DNA of 64,000 nucleotides, from the NCBI RefSeq assembly GCF_006345805.1, contig NC_043002.1, positions 88,350,001 through 88,414,000 of the forward strand. Reading direction: 5' to 3'. This document shows positions 13,851 through 26,370 of the stretch, piece after piece. Position 1 is the stretch's first letter; each line of letters opens with the position of its first letter. The notes below the pieces were generated by a model, which ran no database searches, was not told the DNA's origin, and saw only the letters and a program-made list of their open reading frames with translations. Source of the DNA: Octopus sinensis (Eukaryota). The position numbers and the translations under genes were made by a program.

Positions 13851-14110
13851 TTTCCTCTCACTCTCCTCCTCCTCTCTCGCTTTTCTCTTCTCACTATTTT
13901 TTCTCTTAATCCTTTTCTCTCTCTTCTTCTTTCACCTTCTCGCTTTCACTCGCTCTCTCTCTCTCTTTCTTCTCGCCTTTTATACTCTTTCTCTATACTC
14001 AATCAATGCTTTTTCAATTATTGTTTCTGTTTACACTCTCTCTCGCTCACTCTCTTGCTTTCTCCCACTCTCTCTCTCTTCCGCTCATCCCTTTCTCTTT
14101 TACTCTCATT
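13845..14110. repeat. Polypyrimidine/polypurine (CT-rich) tract upstream of the promoter
   Basis: About 260 nt of mostly C/T on the plus strand, including (CT)n runs. Confidence 0.8.
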
Positions 14111-14924
14111 CTATTGTCACATCTGTCTCGTTTGTTCAAGTCTACCTTTTCATCTAATATAACAGTTTATGTCATTCTTCAGCATTTCTAGGCTTTATTT
14201 TTATGTGCTAAGATTAACCCTAATTATTAACATGATAATTTGATGCATGTTAACTCTCCTGTTCTCCCACTTTCTCTGTACTTTATATATATGTATATAT
14301 ATATACATTTATCGGAAGCGCATTGTGACCAGCAATGTACAATAACACCTGATGGTCTTTGGTCGATACTGTCATATATATATTTATATGTGTGTGTGTG
14401 TATGTATATGGAGAGAGAATTAATTTGATATTCAATGCTGTCAGCTGAAATGATTCCTTACTAATTGGTAAACTCAAATACATAGCATCAACCATAAGAT
14501 CCTCTTTGTTTAATAAAAAATACTTCCCCTTGACACACTTGTAAAGTATATTTACGTGTCTATATATTATTAGGTTAACTAACTCAAAAATATATACAAA
14601 AGAAGTGTGATGGAATACAATCACTGTTTCACCACTAAATTTTTGTTTAAATTTTGAACCAAAATAAAAATATTTTCTCTGAAATAACACATGACAAAAA
14701 ACATGAAAATGTCTAAAGATCTACATATATCCATTTCATTTTTACAGTTGTTTGACAAATCTGTTTTCACAATTCTGTACAATCACTAGGTATGAGAAAA
14801 AAGAGGGTGGCAAGATATGCATGACATTGGAAGTGAAAAAGGATCTTATGGTTGATGCTATGTATTTGAGTTTACCAATTAGTGGAACTTTCTGATTGAT
14901 TAGATCGAGTTTCCTCGATCTGAA

Positions 14925-15500
14925 CAGACGTTCCTCCAATAGTCACTGTACTCCATTGCTAACTTGAACTCAAGAGCTGATAGGCTGTTGTCAATCACTA
15001 GTCTGTCAAGATATGTTGTAGCGAGTCAACCTCTGCTCTTGTAACCATACATTGGTTCCCAGTGTAACACATCATTGATGCATTCATTCCTGGCTCAGTA
15101 GCAGTGCCCAGCAAAACAGACCACCTCTGATATCAGGAGAAGGTTCCAGTAGAGATTTTTATTGGTCACCCTCTGTTGCCATTCAATATGCAGTGCATGT
15201 TGGAGTTAGCGGATGTAGCTTACTCCATCTAGTCGTTCCTGCAACGTTTTCGACTGGGTCCAAGTTTCAGACCACTAAAGTAGCACACTTTCAACCATTG
15301 CTTTGAAGAACATGATTTTTTGTCTTCTTGGGAGTGATGACTACCAAATCCTGTCCAGTTTGCCGATGGCATTCCAGGCTTGGACCTTTCTTGTCTCGAG
15401 TTCTCTCTCTGGTGAGGTTAAACATGAACTGAGATATTCAAAGTCTTCAACTTGTCTTATGTCATCTCCAGTGAGTGATTTGAGAGTTCCATCGCCTCAA
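14925..15500 (-). mobile_element. Degenerate RTE-type non-LTR retrotransposon 3' fragment
   Basis: Minus-strand translation gives VEDFEYL..., VESVLL*WSETWT and FAGHCY...VLHWEP.YG..SRG, typical of the RT thumb/C-terminus; contains stops and frameshifts. Confidence 0.7.
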
Positions 15501-15519
15501 TCTTGTGTAACCCCACCTC

Positions 15520-15860
15520 TTGGGCTGCTCCTTCATGCAGTGAAACGTTGAAAATGTCAACAAAAGTGGCTAAGAAGCTGAAGACATTCCAGAAATGATG
15601 CCTATGGAAGATTCTCAAAGTCACCCAATGTGATGGAATTACAAATGAAGAAATCTCACTGTACAATAAATCTCAACCATTGTAAAACATGTTGGTGTTG
15701 CATCTATTTCACCTGGCAGATCACATTTTGTACCTGCCAGTCACTTTGCATGCAAAGACTATGAGGATTTGAACACTAGAACAAAAACACCTGAAAGAAT
15801 AAGGATAGGAAGAATAACACCAAATCAACCAAACTGGGCCACAACATCTAACAATGCAGG
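15520..15860 (+). mobile_element. Degenerate RTE-type fragment in the opposite orientation
   Basis: SETLKM...KKLKTFQK*CLWKILKV...ITNEEI resembles the GSETW...FQ.RCLR.IL...ITNEE motif. Confidence 0.55.
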
Positions 15861-15869
15861 AGAATCTAA

Positions 15870-16218
15870 GGATCTTTTTGGTTTGAACGGGAGTTTTTAA
15901 CATAATTTCTAGGTAACTAAAAAGTTTTAAACTTCATATACTGGTAGAATGTGTTTATAAAACATCTTTTTCTCTTGACTTTATTGAGAAAATTCCATTG
16001 GGGTAAACAATGTTCTGTGCCGTATGAATATGTCCCTCGTTTAAAAAACAGATTGGGTTTATTTACATTTGTGAAGAAAAAAAGATACCCTTCCCCCCAC
16101 CCCTAACCCTAACCCTAAAACAGATTGAAATGCAATAGATCAATACTAGGGTCATAATTATTGGTGACAATTTCATATGACACCGCTAGAAAAAACTGCC
16201 GTTCAAACCGAAAAGATC
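15870..16218. mobile_element. Non-autonomous TIR element (MITE) with internal telomere-like (CCCTAA)n
   Basis: ~28-bp TIRs GATCTTTTYGGTTTGAACGGSAGTTTTT. Flanks AGAATCTAA and AGAAACTAA resemble a 9-bp TSD. A second copy lies at 30408-30833. Confidence 0.85.
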
Positions 16219-16800
16219 AGAAACTAACTGAAAGTAATATTAAAGAATACAGTTCCAGAACAAAGCAATTCTAATGAAAAACAAATCAATGTTTAACATG
16301 TAGCACACAATATTTCTTTTTCAAGTTTCAAACTTTATTCAGAGTTACAATATGGTTTATACAAGAGCCAAGTCATCAACGTACAGAAGGGTTTGATTTG
16401 CTCAAGGCAGTACCTATCTTAGATAGGTGTCTTCCATTTTAGCCTCAGACTGACCAATATTTTATAATTTAAGAAAAGGAAACTGTGTGGAAAACAGGAC
16501 TGCCAACTAATGAAGAGTCGTTCTTTATGTGACCACTCCTGTTTTCCATTTGGTTCTCTCATTATTTGCATATTGAACTCATTTGTTTTCATATTTCATG
16601 TTCTTTACTGTCGGTGACATCCTGTACCCATATATATATATATAGATAGATAGATATATAGATAGATAGATAGATAGATATAGAAAGAGAAATATATATA
16701 TATATATATATATACTTTATATAATTAGGGTTCAGCAAAAAAAATTTGCTTTGCCACATACCGAACTAATTAATTAATTAATTTTACCCTTTATTAATAT

Positions 16801-16848
<48 letters not shown>

Positions 16849-17033
16849 TGTATGCATATATATAAAGATTATTTATATTATTATTTGATTGAATGCCACG
16901 CATCCATTTCCACATAAGTTTATATATATTATATATATTTCAACAATTGAGGGCAAAATTAATTAATTATTAATCAATTTCACCAAGTGTTCAGTATGCA
17001 AGGGACCATTCAAGGCGAATTCAAATTATTACA

Positions 17034-17296
17034 TTATATAAAAGGGCTTAGTAAAATAAATTACTTGCCGCATACTGAACTCATTAGAAATAGCAGCTAA
17101 AAAACTTTTTAAAACTATTTCTAATGCTTAAAGAAAATCTCTCTCATATATAGTGTTTGTTTAATTAAACAAACACTATATATGAGAGAGATTTTCTTTA
17201 AGTATTAGAAATAGTTTTAAAAAGTTTTTTAGCTGCTATTTCTAATGAGTTCAGTATGCGGCAAAGTAATTTATTTTACTAAGCCCTTTTATATAA
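17034..17296. repeat. Spacer-less near-perfect palindrome, ~131-bp arms
   Basis: Centre TTAA|TTAA at 17164/17165. I found one substitution and one 1-nt indel between the arms. Confidence 0.95.
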
Positions 17297-17422
17297 AATA
17301 AATATATATATATCTATATATATATATATATATACATGTTATATGTATATATGCATGTATATATGTGTGTATATATATATATATGTGTGTGTGTATATAT
17401 ATGTATATATGTATGTATATAT

Positions 17423-18865
17423 CCTGGCCGCCCCACTGTCTCCGCCTGCAACTGCCCCACCAAAATCGTCAGTTATCTTGACTGTGTCCTTGCCCCACTA
17501 GGGCTTCCCTCCTCTCTCATGGTCTTCGTCTGTTCAACTCTTTCTCCTTCCCTCATGGCCCCTCTAAACTTCCTCTTCACTCTTGACGTCAAGAGTGATC
17601 CCTCACCACGAGGGGCTTTGTGCACTCCAACATTACCTTGACCTTCGAACCAACCCCCAACCTGATACATCCACACTTCTCCATCTGGCCGAACTTGTTC
17701 TCTCCCTTAACTGCTTCTCGTCTGCGGGTGATTTTTACCTGCAGGTCCCGGGAGAGGGCATGAGAATGAGAATGGGACCCAACTATGCAAACCTGTTTAT
17801 TGGTTTGTTGAGGCCCAAATATTCTCAAGTTTCACTGGTCCCACTCCCAAACTATATGGTCGTTATATTGACAACTGTATCAGTGCAACCTCACTCTCCA
17901 GCAAACAACTAGACTCCTTCCTCTCTTTTTTCATATCTTTCCATCCTGCCCTTGACATTTTGATCAGCATTCATCACTCCACTCTCACCACCTCCATCAA
18001 ACACACAGACTCACACTCGTGCCTCAACTTCTCCTCCTCCCACCCTCCAATTCCCTATTCATTCCCTATTCTATTCTCTCCAGTCCCTATTCCCAATTCC
18101 TCCATCTGTACAGGCTCTACAGTGACAACCATGACTTTAAGACTCAGTCTCAACTCATGGCTCACCACTTCATCCTTTGTGGATATCCCCTCACCACTAT
18201 CCACACCGCCCTTGCCAGAGCACATTCCATGGACCGTGCGTCTGCTCTCTCCCTCCCACACCTGCCCCGCCACCACCCGTCTCCCATTTCCCCTCACCTA
18301 CCACCCCTCCACCCTATCTCTCCAACGCACCATTCTCCAAGCCTTCCGGCGACTCAAGTCCGACCCCTCCATCTTCCCTAACTGACTCCTCCCCTCCTTC
18401 AAACAAGCCCACAATCTAGGTGACCTCAGTCCAAAGTTTCTTCCCTATCCCAACCTCCCGACCTGGCTCGTTCCCCTTCTCCCACCCATACTGCCGCACT
18501 TGCCCTTACCTTTCCAACACCACCATCCTCACAGGGACCCTATCATATCACTGACTCCTTCACCTCCACTTGTAGGAACATCATCAACTGCATCTCCTGC
18601 TCTCTGTCCTCTGTACATTGGTCAAACGGGACACTGCTTGGCTGACCAGTTCACAGAACACCTCCAAGACATCAGTCTCGGCAATGACACCCCGGTCTCA
18701 CACAATTTCCGCTCTACCGGTCAATCTTTATAACACTGGTCTGTGTTCAGATTGTCCTTGCACAGGTGCCATCCGGACTCCCACCTTCACCGTGAACAGG
18801 AATTAATCTTCTCTCTTCGCTCTTTTGTGTCACATGGGTTCAACACTCCTCCTCTCTTCATCTAA
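17423..18865 (+). mobile_element. Penelope-like retroelement pseudo-ORF (RT plus GIY-YIG endonuclease), frameshifted
   Basis: Motifs PGRPTVSACNCPT, FLFTLDVKS, IPHHEGL, LAELVLSLNCF...FYLQV.G...MGPNYANLF, GRYIDN (RYIDD site) and LYIGQTG...LADQFTEH (YIG), spread over several frames. Confidence 0.9.
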
Positions 18866-19459
18866 CCTGTCCTCTCTCCTCTCTTCCCCTTACACGTACT
18901 TCCTCCCTTCACTCCCATTCACTTCTCCTCTCCTGCTCTGACACCTACTTACTCTCTTCACTCCTACTCACCTTCTCCCTTCCACTGTCACCCTTCATCG
19001 TCATCCCCTCCATCGTTACCCAACCCTTACCCTCACCCTCACCCCAACCCACACACCACCCTTGCTTCTGGAGGTTCGCCAGGGGCAAAGACATTATTCT
19101 GCTTAGCAAAGTCATATGGGAAACATATAACTACTGTCATTCACAGAAAAACTACTGTTTTACCTTGAGAAAGCACTGTTAAAGTGCTAAGTGAAATTTG
19201 GCAATTGAGGATCGAATCCACGCTAAGCCTGCATGAAGCCACTACAAATATGTTGTGGAATAAAAAATTTATCTACTGTCATGGAAAAAGTGTAACTGTA
19301 AAAATGCTAATTTATCGGAGGAATGGGCATTCAAAAAAGTATGTATGTATAGAAATGTATGAATGAAGTCTTTAAGGTTTAAGATTCAAATTAAAGAACT
19401 GCAATAATAATGTTTAGCAGTCCAGAACAGTGATTAGTGAAATACAGAATTAGGTCAGC

Positions 19460-20001
19460 TGATTGTGAGAATCAAACATTGATCCCTTCGCTAAAATCTG
19501 CAGGTGGTATGGGTTATTTCCTTTGGGTTGTTTAAATAAAATATTAGTAATATGTAGTAGATAGAAGGATCCATTAGAAGGGTCCTATTATCGATTTTTT
19601 TTCAACAATCTAAGTATGTCATGAGGTTTCCAGACATGAATTCCACTCATGCGTCAAATAAAGTATAAAAGTGATATTGTCTGCAAAAAATACAACTAGG
19701 ACACACAAAAAAATCAGTATTCAAAGTAATAGAACATAAACAATGAAATGGGTTATTTCCCTTGAGTGTTTAAAAAAATATTGTACAGGTGCTATGGATT
19801 ATTTCCCTTGCATGTTTAAAAAATTAGTTATATGAGGGTCTGTATTATTGATTTTTTTCAATAATCTAAGTTTGTCACGAGATTTCAAGACATGAGTTCT
19901 ACTCACATGCCAAGTTTCATCAAAATCAATAAAATGATGTAGGAGGAATTAGCTAACAACATCACAAACAAGCACACACCGATTTTCCACATATATAGTA
20001 G

Positions 20002-20003
<2 letters not shown>
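19460..20003 (-). mobile_element. Possible non-autonomous Helitron-type element with an internal sub-repeat
   Basis: Minus strand begins TCTACTATATAT. A block GGGTTATTTCCCTT...AATCTAAG is duplicated internally, and CCAAGTTTCATCAAAATC is present. Classification is by resemblance only. Confidence 0.35.
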
Positions 20004-20054
<51 letters not shown>

Positions 20055-20058
20055 CTAG

Positions 20059-20090
<32 letters not shown>

Positions 20091-20148
20091 ATTACGGAGA
20101 TGTACTTGCATAGCAAGTGATTTGATCTGAGATCGTGTGCTGAAACGA

Positions 20149-20427
20149 AAACAATTGCAGCGTGGAAGGTGTTTGTAAGCCATTTAAGAAACATACAAAA
20201 GCCGTTTGATTCACTTCAACATTTAAGTTTAATTTGTCAAAATATTTTCGTCGCTATAAGACCGTGACCTGTCCACTGACAAAAACCCGTGCTGCATCAG
20301 TGAACAGGTCGCGGTCTTAAAGCAACAAAAATATTTTGACAAATTAAACTTAAATGTTGAAGTGAATCGAACAGCTTTTGTGTGTTTCTTAAATGGCTTA
20401 CAAACACCTTCCATGCTGCAATTGTTT
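20149..20427. repeat. Foldback element, ~130-bp inverted arms with a 17-nt loop, inserted in (TA)n
   Basis: Arms 20149-20279 and 20297-20427 are reverse complements, differing mostly by transitions. The marker CATATACTAG is duplicated in both flanking TA runs. Confidence 0.9.
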
Positions 20428-20701
20428 ATATATATATACATATACTAGTATATATATATATATATATATATATACATAATCAAAATAAGCAACAGTATAT
20501 CTTCGGTAATTTGGTACGATCGTTTCACACTACATCATTTTATTAAGCATTGTAAGTATTACAGCAATTTTAAAATGTTGAGCCATTTATCAGCCATTTA
20601 TAGAGGTTTTCCATATATATATATATGGAACTTATATATATGTGTGAGTATATGTATGTGTGTGTGTGTATATATATATATATAATGTATATATATATAT
20701 A

Positions 20702-20756
<55 letters not shown>

Positions 20757-21555
20757 ATATGTATATATATGTGTATATATATATACATAAATAACACCGA
20801 GAAGGAGATGCTTTTTCCTCTCACTAAAACGAATGGAGCTTTGGCCAGGAGGAACTGATGTCATCAGACTGCATCCAATGTTCATCAGGTATCTTGACCC
20901 TGAACTGTAACATCCTCCTGTTGGTGGGTCAGCAGAGGCAGCCAAATCATTGCTCATCATCTAAATACACACACACACATGTATATGATAGCTATACATA
21001 AGTAATGCTTATTGCCACTTTAATATGGCTGTTCTGTCAGAACTGATGTTACTATCATTTTAACCCCAGGAGGTTATTCAATGCACCCAATATATATTGC
21101 AGGCAGGGGAGTGAACCCCTACCATCTTCCAGCCACTTAGTTTCTATACATTGCAAGCTGGAGCAAACTACTGCTATCTCTAGCAGATAAGTATCCACGA
21201 CGAAGGATGAGCACAAGGAGCTCAAAACTATATGGTCTCATGGCCTTGTGGCTGTATTAGCTTGTTAATTCATTGGGAGTGAAGGACTCCTAGCCTTTGT
21301 TAGGGCATCCTTCTAGGAGGAGGTAACTCAGGTAACTGGGATAACTCCGAAATAAAACCTGCGGCTCAGTGGTTACTGATGATGTTGACTTGTTCTTCTT
21401 TGCGGATTATGGCTGTTGTTGCTTAGTGAGTGGGATTGACTCAGTGCACAGCCTTTCTTCACTTTAAAAAAAAATCTTCTTGCACAGGCATTGCACGATA
21501 ACAACATTGATTAAGCTTCATGCAATGGCCATACTCAATAACGAGGGGGCAGCCA

Positions 21556-21605
<50 letters not shown>

Positions 21606-21610
21606 CATAC

Positions 21611-21643
<33 letters not shown>

Positions 21644-21649
21644 CATACA

Positions 21650-22927
<1,278 letters not shown>

Positions 22928-23479
22928 AGTGTGTAATGACATTTTATTACCTTTCTCAAAGTGTAGTAGATTTAAAAACCTTGAAAATTGTTGGCATAAA
23001 GGTTGCGAGTCATGTTTATGTGCTCAAAAATATAATTTACTGATTTAATGAATAAAATTAATAAAAAAAACAATACCATCCAAGGTGGCTGGTTGACAGA
23101 ACTGTAAGAACATTGAACTGGATGTTTTGTGATATTAGTTCTAATGCTTTACATTCTGAGTAAAAATTTCACCATGATCAGCTTGAGTGGTAGGCTTAAT
23201 ATACCTCCTGGCTCAACACTACCACCTGGTATATTGGATGCCCTTAACAGAGTGTATTCCACTAAAAGCATTGGAATGGTCATGAGCTTTACCTTCATCT
23301 TGGATAAAAGGTGATAAGAAACAGAAATAAAAGAGGTGCCGCATGGCATCTCTAAGTGAGATAATTAATTATACAAATCACAGTACACTTCTCATTTAGG
23401 ATGTAAACCCTGCTGGAAATTAATGTTTCATATGAAAGACTGGTAACTCATTCAAAAGCGAATTCATATTTTCGAAGCA

Positions 23480-24025
23480 TGACCTTTGAAAATTAGGTCT
23501 CACTGAGGCAATGACTAGTGGCCGAGACCTTTGCAAATATGCAGTACATGAGAAGACCCGCAGGACAAGTGAGACCATAACCCATGGCCTTTACCTGGGA
23601 TGTAGCCAGTCCACTTATGCATACCTTTCCTTCTTGGGACACAAAACTCTGCTTGCGAAGACCTGTTAAGGCAAGTGAAATCGAAATCGATAAAAAAAAA
23701 CAATGGAAATTGTAGCTGTGATACCAGTGCCGGTGGTATGTAAAAAGAACCATCCAAACGTGGCCGTTGCCAGGACCGCCTTGACTGGCCTCCGTGCCGG
23801 TGCACGTAAAAAGCACCAACTGATTGTGGCCGTTGCCAGCCTTGCCTGGCACATAAAAAGCACCCACTACACTCACGGAGTGGTTGGCGTTAGGAAAGGC
23901 ATCCAGCTGTAGAAACACTGCCAGATCAGACTGGAGCCTGGTGCAGCCTCCTGGCTTCCCAGACCCCAGTCGAACCGTCCAATCCATGCTAGCATGGAAA
24001 ACGGACGTTAAACGATGATGATGAT
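23480..24025 (+). mobile_element. RTE 3'-end fragment with (GAT)n tail
   Basis: Same 3' UTR as the 21650 element, including GAGTGGTTGGCGTTAGGAA.GGCATCCAGC. Confidence 0.85.
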
Positions 24026-24438
24026 ACATGGACATAAGTTCCCATATTTCTAATATAAGACTCTCTTATTTACAACTAGACACAATGTTTTACATTTTGG
24101 TAATGATGTGCATTGTCAAGGAAATCAGTTCCACTACACCACTGGATGGATGAAAAATAAAGTGGATCTTAACAAAACTTGAACTCAGAATATAAAGGAA
24201 GATAACTAAAATATTATCGAAATATTAAATTTTTAAATATCTCAGAGAGATATAAGCAGTTGTGGTACGATAGAATAGTTGTATACTGTCAACTTAATGT
24301 GACAGTCCCATGAAGGGAATCACACCACTGCTATTTAGCCCTAGGAAGCATCAATGCTTCCTGCCACCCTTGACACATTTCCTGTGTCCTTATGTTTACA
24401 AGGGGGAGATAAGCATCTCCACCTGGCTAAGCCTACAT

Positions 24439-24474
24439 CCAGAGACTTGTTCCTGAGTCTTTGCTCATCATCAG
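24439..24474 (-). ncRNA. Minimal type I hammerhead ribozyme-like motif (degenerate mirror copy)
   Basis: Minus strand CTGATGA-TGAG CAAAGA CTCA-GgAA-CaAG-TC-TCTGG: intact CUGAUGA and stem II, mutated GAAA and stem III; the 5' stem I strand is disrupted at the inversion loop. Confidence 0.65.
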
Positions 24475-24484
24475 TCATGCTACT

Positions 24485-24525
24485 CCAGATTGATGACAAG
24501 CAAAGACTCAGAAACTAGTCTCTGA
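24485..24525 (+). ncRNA. Minimal type I hammerhead ribozyme-like motif (degenerate copy)
   Basis: CCAGA-tTGATGA-caAG CAAAGA CTCA-GAAA-CTAG-TC-TCTG: stem I CAGA/TCTG, GAAA core, palindromic stem III ACTAGT, GUC site at 24518-24520. C3 and two stem II bases are mutated. Confidence 0.7.
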
Positions 24526-24879
24526 ATGCAGGCTTAGCTGGGTGAAGGTGCTTGTCTCCCTCTTGTAAACATAAGGTCACAGGAAATGTGTCAAGGCCGA
24601 CAGGAAGCATTGATGTTTCCTAGGGCTAAATAGCAGTGGTGTGATTTCCTTCATGGGACTGTCACATTAAGTTGACAGTATACAACTACTCTAAAGTATT
24701 ATCACTTTTACTAATCTGCCATCTTTCTACAATAATACAACAGGAAATACCTAAAAGGTTATGTGAAAGTTTAGTTACGCCCATAATATCTCATTGAGAA
24801 CATTTAAAAGATGTGGTTAAAAAGAATCTACCACAGATATGTTTGCAATATCACAGATATTGTTTTTATTGCTATCACT

Positions 24880-25245
24880 TTGTTGTCGTCGTCATCATCA
24901 TCATCATCATCATCACCATAATCATTGTCATCACTATTGTCCCCATCATTGGTTGTCATTGTTGTTATTGTTATTATCATTATCATTGTTGGCAGCAGCA
25001 TCATAATCATCACTGTCACCATCATCACCACCACTGCCACCACCACCGCCACTACCACCACCACCACCACCACCACTACTACCACCACCACCACCACCAC
25101 CACCACCACCATCACCATAATCATAATCATCACCATTGTCATTGTCATCTTCGATGTCATTGTTATCATTGTTATTGTCATTGTCATCCTCCTCATCATC
25201 ATCATCACATTCATAATCGCCATCACCATCATCATTATCATCATG
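24880..25245. repeat. Imperfect (CAT)n/(CAC)n trinucleotide microsatellite
   Basis: Direct reading; it produces the spurious poly-His/Thr/Val ORFs. Confidence 0.95.
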
Positions 25246-25518
25246 TGCTATACCATATACGTGATCCTGACCATCACACTAGTGGAATTTAACAACCGAA
25301 TGTTTAGTTGTTAATTATAAGGTTCCTGCTTCAAATCCAAAGTTTCTTGTGTTTTTAATTGATTAATCAGACAGGGCTAGATAATATTGGGCTTAAGGCT
25401 ATATGTATAACAACATTGGATAGACATCCCACTGTTGCAAAGTCTAGCTTTATGTTTACTTGGTCATGCCTCTGAAAACCTGCCTCTAGAAAATATGAGG
25501 GCAAGGAATATTTGTTAT

Positions 25519-25697
25519 ATGGGTGTGTGGTAAGAAATTTGCTTTCCAACCACATGGTTCTGGGTTCAATCCCACAGCATGAAACTTTGGGCAAGAGCCT
25601 TCTATTATAGCCTCGGGCTGACCAAAGCCTCGTGAGTGAATTTGGTAGAGAGAAATTGAAAGAACCCTGTCGTATGTGTGTGTATGTGTTCATGTGT

Positions 25698-25732
<35 letters not shown>

Positions 25733-25754
25733 CATGTGTTCATGTGTGTGTGTG

Positions 25755-25785
<31 letters not shown>

Positions 25786-25990
25786 GTCTTTGCATCTGGG
25801 TTTGTTCCCACCACCACTTGACAACCATTGTTGATGTGTTTATGTCTCTGTAACTTAGCAAAAGAGTCCAATAGAATAAGTATCAGGCCTTAAAAAAAAT
25901 ACGTACTAGGGTGGATTCATTCAACTAAAATTCTTCAAGGTAGTACCCCAATGTAGCCACAATCTAATGACTGAAACAAGTAAAAGAAAT
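25519..25990 (+). mobile_element. SINE family A (tRNA-like head, internal (TG)n, GTAAAAGA tail), diverged copy
   Basis: Head GTGTGGTAAG...GGTTCAATCCC with A/B-box-like motifs; body shared with about ten other copies in the window. Confidence 0.85.
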
Positions 25991-26176
25991 ACAAGGAAGA
26001 ATACTTCTAGCATAGACATTTTTGAGAGAGTTGTTATAGTTGATTAAATAAGTATCACTTAGGTGATCTTTTATTTTACTGACCCTGGAAAAATGAAAGA
26101 CAAATTTATCTCTGACAGGATTTGAACTCAAAACAAAACTGTAATAAAATACCACAAAGTGTATCATATAAAGATT

Positions 26177-26370
26177 AAGGCGGCGAGCTGGCAGAAACAT
26201 TAGCACGCCGGGCGAAATGCATAGCCGTATTTCATCTGCCGTTATGTTCTGAGTTCAAATTCCGCTGAGGTCAACTTTGCCTTTCATCCTTTCGGGGTCG
26301 ATAAATTAAGTAACAATTATGCACTGGGGTCGATGTAATCAACTTAATCCCTTTAGCCCCTTGTGGGCAA
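26177..26370 (+). mobile_element. SINE family B (core GCCTTTCATCCTTTCGGGGTCGATAAA, resembling Meta/Nin-type conserved SINE domains)
   Basis: Head GGCGGCGAGCTGGCAGAA...GAGTTCAAATTCC. Other copies at ~5095-5430 (-), 40170-40403 (-), 50097-50315 (+) and 54875-55000 (+). Superfamily name is from memory. Confidence 0.8.

Larger units (their letters stand above)
24271..24693. repeat. Foldback element, ~200-bp inverted arms with hammerhead-like motifs flanking the loop
   Basis: TAGAATAGTTGTATACTGTCAAC... at 24271 is complementary to ...GTTGACAGTATACAACTACTCTA ending at 24693, and pairing continues inward to a ~15-nt loop near 24475-24489. Confidence 0.95.

Noticed and set aside
21190-21245. Hammerhead-shaped fold CCACGA...GAGC/GCTC...GTC-TCATGG
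   Set aside because: Both core boxes are non-matching, so there is too little support from a single copy.
24813-25314. His-rich and Thr/Ile-rich ORFs resembling metal-binding or structural proteins
   Set aside because: Open in several frames on both strands because of (CAT)/(CAC) repeats; no supporting splice or codon evidence.
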